A DNA stretch of 64,000 bases from Zygnema circumcarinatum SAG 698-1b. Lineage: Eukaryota; Plantae; Zygnematophyceae. The notes beneath the pieces were generated by a model. The model ran no database searches. It was not told where the DNA came from and worked only from the letters and a program-made list of their open reading frames with translations. Each line of letters starts with the position of its first letter. Position 1 is the first letter of the stretch. The DNA is taken from the NCBI GenBank assembly GCA_037447605.1, contig CM074816.1, positions 1,454,525-1,518,524 of the forward strand, given 5' to 3'. Shown here in pieces: positions 1 to 10,776 of this stretch. Made by a program: the position numbers and the translations under genes.

Positions 1-2036
1 CAACAACAACAACATGGGACATGGAATTGTGCGCTTCATCATTGCACAAGAGCGTCTAGGAGACGGCCAAAAATGTGGGAGCGGTTGAACGGACACCTGT
101 ACGGGAAACCAATTGATGACGTCAGTATTCATGCGGAGGACCAGGACACGTGGCAGCTTTTGAACGCACCTCGACATGCAAATATAAGTCGTTGGCAGTT
201 CTACATCACTTTGCGCCTTCTCAACATATTCGTACCGTAAGGTCCTCTATGTTATTATCCCGTAGGCGGCATTACATCACGTGATGTAATGGTGAGCAAC
301 TTTGTACATCACCGTATGTAACGAGGGCTGCATGCTAAAAAAGACAGCGACTGGCCCGAGAAGGCTGGCGGAGCTCCCGAGGTGAGTCAAAAACAAATTC
401 TCTCAGCCAAAGATGACACGGCCGGAAATTTGCGCCAATGGGAGGAGCGGATTGTGGCTCGAATTTGTCTCGAAAGCAGGTTTGTCTCAAGGTCCGAAGT
501 TGCCTCAGGTCGTTCGCCTGCCCGCTCGTCGCTGATTGGTCGGAGTCCACATCAACGCTCGGCGGCCGCTAAGACAGGTGCTTTTCGGGCAGACCGTAAT
601 AACATTTTGAGCAGAAACCAAACAGACGGGCAGTCAAAGAAAAGTATTTTCGTCCAGATTGAGAAAACTGGACCGTCCGGTTGGAAAGATGTTACAGGAT
701 GAAAAGGGACCCTGTTTCTTGGGCTGTATGAAAATATTCTTGGAGAGCTGGAGGTGATGGCGGGCAGCCCGGGCAAAGCTGAAAAAAAAAGTTCGTGCCT
801 TACAGAAGGAGGGCTTGCAGGAGGCTTTTGTTGCAGGGGCGGAGCTTCAGTTGCAAGCAGTCGGCGATATTTTCAGTATATCGTGAAATATCGACTTCTG
901 AATCCTCTCATTTTTTGCGATACAGATTTTTGTTTACTGTATGCAGGCGACTGCAGCTACTTGTATGCTTCATCGGAATAATTGGAAAAACTAGGTTTTT
1001 TGGTAGAAACTGGTTTTTCAGAACCTGCAGTTGAATCAAGCTGCATGTTCGCTTCTCTTGGACGAGGAGACTGATTTGGGCTCTGAGAACAACGATTAAA
1101 TAAATGTGAGTATATCTAGTTCGCATTCGGGATTGCAAAAAGTCAATTTTTTTGATTTGGATGGCTCCAAAAAAATAGAATCTTGCACAAGCGTTCTCTT
1201 GCAAGATGAAGATTTTGGATATGCAGAAAAATGTGCGATTTGGTGTGATCTGATTCCTTCATCTTTCTGTAAATGTCCTTTTTTCTTAATGATGATGTCG
1301 CAAAGGATAGGAAAAGGATGATCTTTTCAGATGAGATTGAGTCGCAGGATATGGAATCTCGCCGTCATGATTCGTGCCTGCGCTGCAAATCGTTATGTCA
1401 GATCGCTTGGAACCTTGGAACGAGGAGGGGGGGGGAAAGTGGGAGGGGAAGGGGGAGGGGGAGGGGGAGGGGGAGGGGGAGAGAAGGTAGTGGGAGTGGA
1501 GTGGGAGGGAGAGAGAGAGGGAGTGGGGATGGGAGGGAGAGAGAGAGAGGGAGTGGGAGTGGGAATGGGAGGGAGAGAGAAATGGAGTGGGAGTGGGATG
1601 GAGAGAGAGAGGGAGTGGAAAAGGGAGGGAGAGGGAGTGGGAGGGAGAGAGAGGGAGTGGGAGTTGGAGGGAGTGAGTGAGTGGGAGCTGGAGAGGGAGC
1701 GGGAGAGGGAGCAAGAGACGGAGCAGGAGAGGGAGAGGGAGAGGGAGAGGGAGAGGGAGAGGGAGAGGGAGAGGGAGAGGGAGAGGGAGAGGGAGAGGGA
1801 GAGGGAGAGGGAGATGGATGGAGACGGAGACGGAGAAGGAGATGGAGATGGAGATGGAGATGGAGATGGAGATGGAGATATGTGTGATTAAGATTGCAAC
1901 GTGTCCAATGAGCTGTTCCTTCTTCTTTTGGGCGTTCAGTGTCTCAGTACTGCTACACTGAAAGAAGTAATGGCCAACCTTTAAAGTGAAAGATCTCTAA
2001 TTTTTCATATTTCATTCATGTTTCTCCGTGCAGCAG

Positions 2037-3460
2037 ATGGCGGACGAGGGCGGCGGCCCAATGCGGTGGGTCGGTCCGCCCCTTCGGACGGACGACGGAA
2101 AAACGTTTTACGGAGCCATAGAAAGCCTCGGCTCGAAGGAAAGATATGAAAAAGGTGGGGCGAAATCCATACCTTTCTATCTGCATCTTGTTGCTTTGTA
2201 AGGGAGAGGGGCGGAGGGGGGGGGGGGGGAGAGAGTTGGGGGGGAGAGGGAGAGGGGAGGTGGGAGAGGGAGAGGGAGTGAGGGATAGGGAGGGGGAAAG
2301 GGCGGGAGAGGGAGAGGGAAAGGGCGGGAGAGGAAAAGGGCGGGAGAGGGAGAGGGAGATGGGGAGGGAGGGGGTGGGGGAGGGGGAAAGTTAGGTAGAG
2401 GAAGGGGGTCCTCCCAATCTTATGTAAACACTGTTCCTTCATTTCGATATGCTTTCCCCACACACTGTGAGAAATTCAGCAAAAAGAAAAAGGTGATATT
2501 AAAGCTGGTTTTGCTCGTGGTTTCAGGGGAAGCTGTTTATTTGAGGCTCTCAGAATCTAGCGCTGATGTCATCATTGCAAGAATCGAAGAACTTTATGAC
2601 GACAGCAGCAACTGTAAGCGGCTCGTGGCTCAAAGGTAATATCTTTTTTTTTTTTTTTTTTTTTTTCTGTTTTCTTGACGACGCTCTTTGAAAGTCCTGT
2701 CTTGTGTTTGGATCCCAAAAATTAAAAGAAAAAAAAATAACATCTGCTTCTATGTATTCATGGAAGAACAGGAATCTCTGTACTATGCTTCAAATTAGGC
2801 CCTTTCTTAATTTTTTTGCCTTGTTCTTCTGCAGAAACTAAATTTTCACCTTTTCCTTCTGCAGGTACTAATTTTTTGTCGTTTTCTTCTACAGGTACAA
2901 CCGCCCGGAGGATTTGGACCCTAAGCCGACTAACGCAGATAAAGATGAAGTCTATCGTATCCATTCCCCATGACTAAAAATTAACCACATTAGTCCGTTT
3001 CTTGGTCAAGCCTTTCGCTTTTTTCCTTTCCGAGATTTTTTCGGATCTGGATGCCGAAAATGTTTGATCACCACTTCTTTTGTTCCATGTGAGATCTTTT
3101 CCGTTTCTGTTACACACGTAAGCGTTCTTGACATGGAACTGCAGTAACTGAAAATTTCGAAGATCGAGCAGTGGACTCCATTTCAGGAAAATGCCAAGTG
3201 CTGAAAAAAACTGATTTCTATTCACTAAAGTCTGCCGGGCGGTGAGATTTTATCGAACTTCCTTTCTCTGCACTTTTTTTTCGATCTTTTAGATTCTGAT
3301 TGCAGATCAAAATTCTGATTCTAATGTGTTAATGCGATTTTAATATTATTATTGATATTTTGATGTGACAGTGACGTGGGCCGTGACGCACACATCTACA
3401 CTTGCGAATTCTCCTATTCGTTGAAGGACAATCACTTCATACCCATCGACGAAGGCAAAG
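2037..3460 (+). other. BAH (bromo-adjacent homology) domain encoded by exons 1-5
   Basis: Spliced translation: [158 protein letters not shown] hallmarks: WxG..FY, GExVY, ARIEEL, YxRPED, EVY, IxGKCxV, CxxxY..F. Confidence 0.85.
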
Positions 3461-6400
3461 GTAGATGATACTAAAACCCCCCTCGCTCTTCATCTCTGCT
3501 CCTCCCCCAACTCTCTCTCTCCCTCCCCTCTCTCACTATAACTCTTCATCCCTCCATCTCGTTCCATCTTTCCCCTCCTACCATCTTGTTTTCTCTCTAC
3601 CTCCTCTCTCTCCCCCGCTCTCTCCCTTTCTCTCTCTCTCTCGCTCGATCTCTCTCACTCATCCCCTCCTCTCCCTCTCTCGTTGTGCCTCTCCCTCCTC
3701 CCTCTCCCCCCCCCGCCCCCCACCGCCCCTTTCCATTTTCCCCTTTTCTTTCATTACATTTTGATGGCCTCTATCATCGAAATCAATGTCAACACACCAA
3801 GCAACAACTTTGTATGGCCTTGTTGGTTCTTTGCCTTTACATTCTTCCGTTCCAAGCTGACCCTTGTAACTGATTTTTGCCTGCAGCTGCTGTGAAATTT
3901 TCGACGGATTTGGAAACTGACGCCAGTGAATCTCCGTACATAGAAAAGAGTATCTCAAGTAAAGAGCATCGCACTGTTGACGAAACAGCCACGGAGCTTC
4001 CCTCAAAATACGCACGAAAAAAGCGAAAACTGGGCAAAGATATCCAGACATTTGGAGTAGGGGTTGGTACGAGTTTGCCTATTGAAAAGGATGAGCTTGA
4101 AATTTCAAACAAACGAAAAAAGTGCCATCCAGAAGAGGATTCAGAAGAGGACAGAAGGAGATTTATCGTTCGGAATTCTGAAAGTAAGATAATGGGCTGT
4201 TATGTGGTTTTAAATGTCTTATTTGAAGGACCAAGCTCCTGTTTCCCGCTCTCCCTAACTCCAACCTCCCCCCTCTCCCAACCCCCACCCCCCTTCCCCC
4301 TCTCCCCTCCCCCCTCCTCCCTTCCCCCCNNNNNNNNNNCCTCCTCCTTCCCGCTCCCTCCTCCCCCCTCCTCCACTCCCTTTCCTCCCCCTCCCCCGCT
4401 TTCCCTCTCCCTCGCGTCTCCCTTTCCTGATTTTCAGAAATGAACTAGCACTGCTGTAACATACACATGAGAGTCCGAGTATGATTTTTTTCGAATCCCT
4501 CACTTTCCTTATGAATCCAACACAGGAAAATGTATTCACATAGATTCATCGAATCTCTTTCTTCTTCCCTTTCTTTTCTTGATTTCTTGAAGCAGAGCTT
4601 GTTGTGCACACCAAAGAGGATGCTACGTCGGCCGAGATTCTCACTCACTCCGATTCTGAAAAGAAGGCGGTGAATTTTCCGCATCCGAAGGAAGAAGCGG
4701 TGGAAAGTGAAAGTGAAACGAAGTCCACGTTTGGACCGCGAAAGAGTTTGGATTCCTTCAAAGTAGGAAGTGCCTATCAGATCGATCCGATCGAAGTTCC
4801 CAAAAATGCACCGGAGGAATTGAGACGAGCATGCGCAGTAATGGTGAGAAAAAAATTCAATTATTTTCTTTTTCGGGTCACTTGTTATGTTTTATGTGTC
4901 ATTATATGGGATACTGGAGGGAGTAATGGCTGAGTTGGGTGCTTGTTTTTTTAGTCAATTTCTTTTTATCTCGCTGATTCTCATTCTTCGCTGTTTCCTT
5001 CTCCACTCCCGCACCTTCTTATCTCGTTCTATTCTCACTCGCCTGCCCCTCCCTCTCCCTCTCTCCTTCAATTGTTTCTCTCTATCTCTTTTATCTCTGC
5101 CTCCTTTTTAACCCTTCTTGCCTCTATGTCCTCTTCCTCCTTATCTCTGTTACTTCTACACCTCTCTTTTCTCTTTCTGCATTTTATCTCGCTGTTTCTC
5201 TCCCTCTTATCTCTCTTCTCGCTCTCAATCTGTGCACTCCTTTTTCTTTTTCTATCCTCGTTCAAACTAACCCCTTCCCTCTCCGCTCTCGTATAACTCC
5301 CCCTCTCCCTCTTCATCTCTGTCTTCGTCTCTACACCCCTTATCTCTTTCTATCCTCACTCTGAATATGCTCTCTCTCTTTCTCCCTCTACCGTACATAT
5401 TCATGCAGGTTTCAAGAAAGGACAAAAGAAGCGTAGCAATCAAGTACCCAACTTCTGCCTCTATTGAGGCTTTCTTCTCCAACGGAACTGAATCCATAGA
5501 AACGAAAGAAATCGATCAATTTCACAAGCTGAGGAATCACAACGACTTAAGAAAAGCAAGCGGAGGCAAAAAAAATGGCTCTCATATTATCGCTAAAAAG
5601 GCCCTTATTGGGAACAAACCGGAGCTAGATGGATTATTTGAAATGAACATTTCCACCGCAAAGAGAATGTTAGTTCGGCAAATTTCAAGAACTGAATTCT
5701 CGCATCAAGCCCAACTGAAATGCTTTTGGGTTGCGGAACCCAAAAAGTTTTATTCAAGCAGCAGGAGTGGGAGAGAGGGAGGGAAAAGTGGGAAATGTGA
5801 ATCTGAAGATTTTGAAGGAGGAGAGAGTGATGGAGATTATAAAAAGAAGGGGCCAATTTTGAAGGGTGGTGGTTCAGCTCTGGAGAAATATAAGGATGAG
5901 TCTACAGCCATTGACGAGGAGGAGGGACAGGCTAATTCTCCTAATGGAAGTGCTGTGGAGAGAGAGAGAGAGCGGGAGAGGGAGAGAGAGGGAGACAGAG
6001 AGAGAGAAGCAGGGAAAATTGCTTTTAATGAGCAGGTTAGGCGGAAGCTTAAGAGGAAGAATTCAAAGCCGCGGAAGTCGGATGATGGTACGAACAAGGT
6101 CAGCGAGGTGGGAGAGGAAGTGAGGGTCAGTGAGAGAGAGAAAGAGAGAGAAAAGGAGAGCTTAAACGAAACTAAAACTGATGAAATGGTGTATCCTAGG
6201 GCATTGGTATTTCAAGCAGAAAAAACCCAGAAAAAAAATCAGAAAAAAGAGGTGGAGAGAGCTTTTACTGATGCTGCTGAAGTGCTTACAAAGCTTGTGG
6301 ATGAAGGAAGTCCTAAAGATTATATGCAGGAGGCGGAGGGAGGAAGCAAAAATTGTACTCTTTCTGAGATGAAATGGGCTAAGAAACGAAGGGCGAATAT

Positions 6401-9400
6401 CGGCGGTAGGGGCACACTTGTGAGAGGTGGAGGAAGTGGAATTGCAATATCGGCAGAAACTGTGCAGGAGGAGAAGATAAAAAAAAATGTTGAAAAGGAC
6501 ATTCCGAGGGTTCAAAGTAATTCCCTTTTGACTCCGATTTCTCGTTCAAGATCTGCCAAATGGACGGAAAGCAGCGAGTCAGAGAGTTTGGAGAAAGATA
6601 GTGAGCGGGATGATGGTGATGATAATGATGATGAAGATGAAGCTGAAGACGGAAATGATGATGAGAAGAAAGTGGAGAAGGAAGTGAAGGTTGAGGATGG
6701 GAGTGAGGACGGTAGTAGGAAAAGGCTGAGAAAGGCTTCTATGAAGAATGTTGTGGAAAAGACGAAAGTGAAATTGTTGCCGCTTCCGAAGGACCTTCGC
6801 AGGAGGTGGTCAAGTGACAGGTATTACTATCTCTCCCTCTTTTTACCCATGTTTTTACTCTTGATTTTTATGCTAGTTGTAGTACGGATTCTGGAATTCT
6901 GGTACGTGATACAACATGACGTGCTATGTCTGTTAAAAAACATACATCACACAAACCATCTATTCATATATTCAATAAACGATGATACTTCCTCATGTCC
7001 TATGCATGTCAAATCCGTCCCATACCCATCCATCTTCTTCCTTCCTCTTCTTCTTTCCTTCTTTCTTCTTCCTCCCTTAATTACCTTCTCCCTCCTCTCT
7101 CCTTCCCTCCCCTCACCAGTCTCCCTGCCCTTCCTTCCTCATCTCCGAGCCCCTCCTCCTTCCTCCTTTCCATCCTCCTCCTCTCTTTCCCCTTCTTCCT
7201 CCCTCTTTCCTGCTCACTCCTCTTTCCTTCCTCCCCCTTTCCTCTTTTTTTCTTCCCTTTCCTCCTCCTTTCCTTTCCTTCCTCTCATCATCTTTCGGCT
7301 CCCTCCTCCTCATTTTCTCCTCCTTCCTCTTTCCTTCCTCTCTCCTCTCAATACTCAGCTCCCCCTTCTCTTTCCCTCTCTTCCTTCCTCCGCTCTTCCT
7401 CTCCTCCTCCTTCCTCTTCCTCTCAGCCTTCCTTCTTCCCCTCCTCCCAGATATAAAGCTGCTCCAGCTGAAGCTGGTCGAGATCATGAAGGCCCGCGGC
7501 GCCCTCCCCGGGCAGCCCATCCTCCGCCCCTCTTGAGGGAGGAGGCGCGGCGGCACATCGGGGACACGGGCCTCCTCGACCACCTCCTCAAGCACATGAC
7601 CGACACGCTCGTCGCCTCGGGGGAGAGGTTCCGCCGCCGCCACAACAGCGAGGGGGCATGGAAAATGAGCCGGAGGAGGCCGGTCCATGGGACCGCGGCA
7701 GGTGAGGGAGGGAGGGAGGGTGGGGAGGGGAGGAGGGAGGGAGGGAGGTGGGGAGGGAGGGGGGGAGGGCGTGGGGGAGTAGGAGGAGGGAGGGGAGGGG
7801 GAGGGGGAGGGGGGGAGGGAGGCGGGAGGGAGGGAGGGGAGGGAGGCGGGGGGAGGGAGGGAGGGGAGGAGGAGGGGAGGGGGGGGGGGTGGGAGGGGAG
7901 GGGAGGGAGGGAGGGAGGGAGGGGAGGGAGGGAGGGGGGAGGGGGGGAGGGAGGGAGAGGGAGGGAGGGGGGGAGGGGGAGGGGGGGAGGGGAGGGGAGG
8001 AGGGGAGTGGTAGAGGGGAGGGGGGGAGGGGGGGAGGTGGGGGAGTGGAGGGAGGGGAGGGAGGGGGAGGAGAGTGGGGGAGGGAAGGGGGGAGGGAGGG
8101 GGGAGTGGAGGAGGGAGGGAGGGGGAGGGAGGGAGGGGGGGAGGGGGGGAGGAGGGAGGGAGGGGGAGGGGGAGGGGGAGGGGAGGTGCGGGAGGGAGGG
8201 AGGAGGGGGGAGGGAGGAGGGGAGGGAGTGGAGGGAGGGGGGAGGGGGAGGGGGGGGAGGGAGGGAGGGAGGGAGGGAGGGAGGTGGGAGGGGGGGAGGG
8301 GGGGAGGGAGGGAGGGAGGGCGGGAGGGGGAGGAGGGAGGGAGGGGGGAGGGAGGGGGGAGGGGGAGGGGGAGGGGGGGAGGGAGGGGGGAGGGAGGAGG
8401 GGAGGGAGAGTGGGGGAGGGAAGGGGGGAGGGAGGGGGGAGGGAGGGAGGGGAGGGAGGGGGAGTGGAGGAGGGGGGAGGGGGGAGGGGGAGGGGGAGGG
8501 AGGGGGGAGGGGGGAGGGGGAGGGGGGGAGGGAGGGAGGGAGGGAGGGAGGGGGGGAGGGAGGGAGGGGGGGGAGGGGGAGGAGGGAGGGAGGGGGGAGG
8601 GGGGGAGGGGGAGGGGGGGAGGGAGGGAGAGGAGGGGAGGAGGGGGGGAGGGAGGAGGGGGGGGGAGGGGGAGGAGGAGGAGGGAGGGCGCGGAGGGAGG
8701 GAGGGAGGGAGGGGGGAGGGAGGGGAGGGGGGGAGGGGGGGAGGGGGGAGGGAGGGGAGGGGGAGGAGGGGAGGAGAGGGGGGAGGGAAGGGGGAGGGCG
8801 GGGGAGGGAGGGGAAAGGGGGGGGAGGGAGGGGAGGGAGGGGAGGGAGTGGAGGGAAGGGAGGAGCTATCAGTTTATATTATTGGTTATTAGTCATTAAG
8901 AGGAATATCAGTCATTCGGATCGTCATTCGTAAGGGATTCTCTCCGCTCTCTCTTAATGGCTTCTCTCGTTTTTTATTCTCTCTCTCTCCCTCTCTCTCG
9001 CGCTCTCTCTCTCTCTCTCTCTCTCCTCTCTCTCGCGCTCTCTCTCTCTCTCTCTCTCCTCCCCCTCCCCCAGGCCGCCGGCATTCCGGACCCCTCGTGG
9101 GTGCCCCCCCCCGGATGGCCCCTCCCGAACGGAGCGAGCGAGGTCAGCTCATGCGAACTGAGGGACCTCCGACAGTCGCTGACGGAGCTGCAGACGTGAG
9201 CATTCTCCCTGCCTCCACTGAAAATAAAAACTAGATACTTAGAAATCAAACTAAAAAAACGAACTAAATTACGAACTTAAAACGGGGCTACATCCTCCAT
9301 TCACCTTATAGCTTTTGACGCTATGTAAATGTGTCATTATATGCATAAATGAAAATATTTTGAAGCCATGTTGTGTTTATGAAGGGAATTCTTCAGCCTA

Positions 9401-10693
9401 TGTGAGTTTGCTGCTTCCAAGAAATTAAGGGCTGACAGAGACCCAATGTTCTGTCTCGGGATGAGTGACAAGTGCTCTCTCTCTCTCACTCGCTCTCTCT
9501 TTCCCTCTCTCTCTCTTTCTCTCTCTCTCTCTTTCTTCTCTCTCTCTCTGCCCTAACCCTGCTACGCCCACACCTGCAGGGAAGTTCGGCGGCTACAGGC
9601 ACCACCCTCCAAGCGTTCCGCAGAGGCCGACTTGCTGGCCTCGTTAAGAAGCTCCCTCGCACGTGTGGAGGAGCAGCAGAAAAAGCGCTGCCAGGTAAAG
9701 AAAAAAAAATCGGAATCAACACCGAAAATAATTAACTTTTGGCTTTGCCTTGGGGACCTTTTGGGTTATTTCCTTCCTTTATATTTTTGGGGTTTTTGGG
9801 CTACTGACAGAGATTGGGTTGATTGCGGGGGTGTAGAGAGTCATGTGCAGAGAGAGAGAGACAGAGCGGGAAAGAGCGAGAGAGAGGTAGAGAGAGCGAG
9901 AGCGAGAGCGGGAGAGAGAGAGATAGAGAGAGACAGTGTTAGGAGTTAGTTCGTCAGATTCTGATCATTTATTATTCCATTCAAATAATCCGACTGGAGT
10001 TATCGTATGAAACATTGATACCTTTGTTTTTCAGTTTTTTTGTATGTAAATTTCTTAAAAAAATAGCATTTACATGTCTGAAAACTTTCCCTGTTTCCTG
10101 ATGTGGCAGACGCTCCAAAAGGAGATGACTAAAATTAGTCAAAAACTTAGTCATGTCGAAATTCAGCTGCAGCAACTGCGATCGGAATGGTCCGAATCGC
10201 AGACTCGTCAAAAGGTGCAGTTCAAGAAGCTCCCATATTGTAATTTTTTTTTATTATGCATTTGTCCCTAATTCTGTCCATTTTTCACCAACTACGCCTT
10301 TTTTAATACATACGAAGTTTTTATTGACTTTTGTTTCCTGAAATTTGGACAAATTTACGGTTCGTATTCTACTTTAACCAACTATTTTTACTTCATTGCA
10401 TTTTTTTTTCTTTCTTTTTTTCGTAAAAGTCCCATTGTACCGCTAACTTACTGCGGCGAGTGGGTGCGCATTTGCGATTATTTTTCTCATTTTTTCCCCT
10501 TTTTTGTGTCTGTTCTGATGCAGGAAAACTTGACTGCAGCTCGCCTTCAGGATCAGCAAAATTTCGCGCATTTGAAAAAGGCTGTGGAGGAGGTACGATT
10601 GAATCTCACCTTTTTATTTGAATGCTTTATTTGGCATGATTTATTGCTACCGGCTGAGCTCTCCCTCCTTTCCCCTCTCCCTCTCTCTCTCTC

Positions 10694-10738
<45 letters not shown>

Positions 10739-10743
10739 CTCTT

Positions 10744-10776
<33 letters not shown>

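Noticed and set aside
728-995. Frame MKIFLESWR*WRAARAKLKKKVRALQKEGLQEAF... as a selenoprotein or upstream coding exon
   Set aside because: No recognisable family or redox motif and no SECIS I can support. The CAGCAG before ATG 2037 suggests a 5' intron, but no upstream coding exon could be tied in.
7748-8899. Gly/Arg/Glu-rich ORFs here and at 53201-55059, 24735-26288, 16079-16996 and 48562-49282
   Set aside because: Translations of microsatellites lying between valid splice sites; open in several frames only because purine- or pyrimidine-only sequence lacks stops.
5367-8933. 1188-aa ORF taken as a single-exon protein
   Set aside because: Only 5409-6820 and part of 7451-7701 are exonic; the rest is read-through of stop-poor CT and GA intronic repeats.
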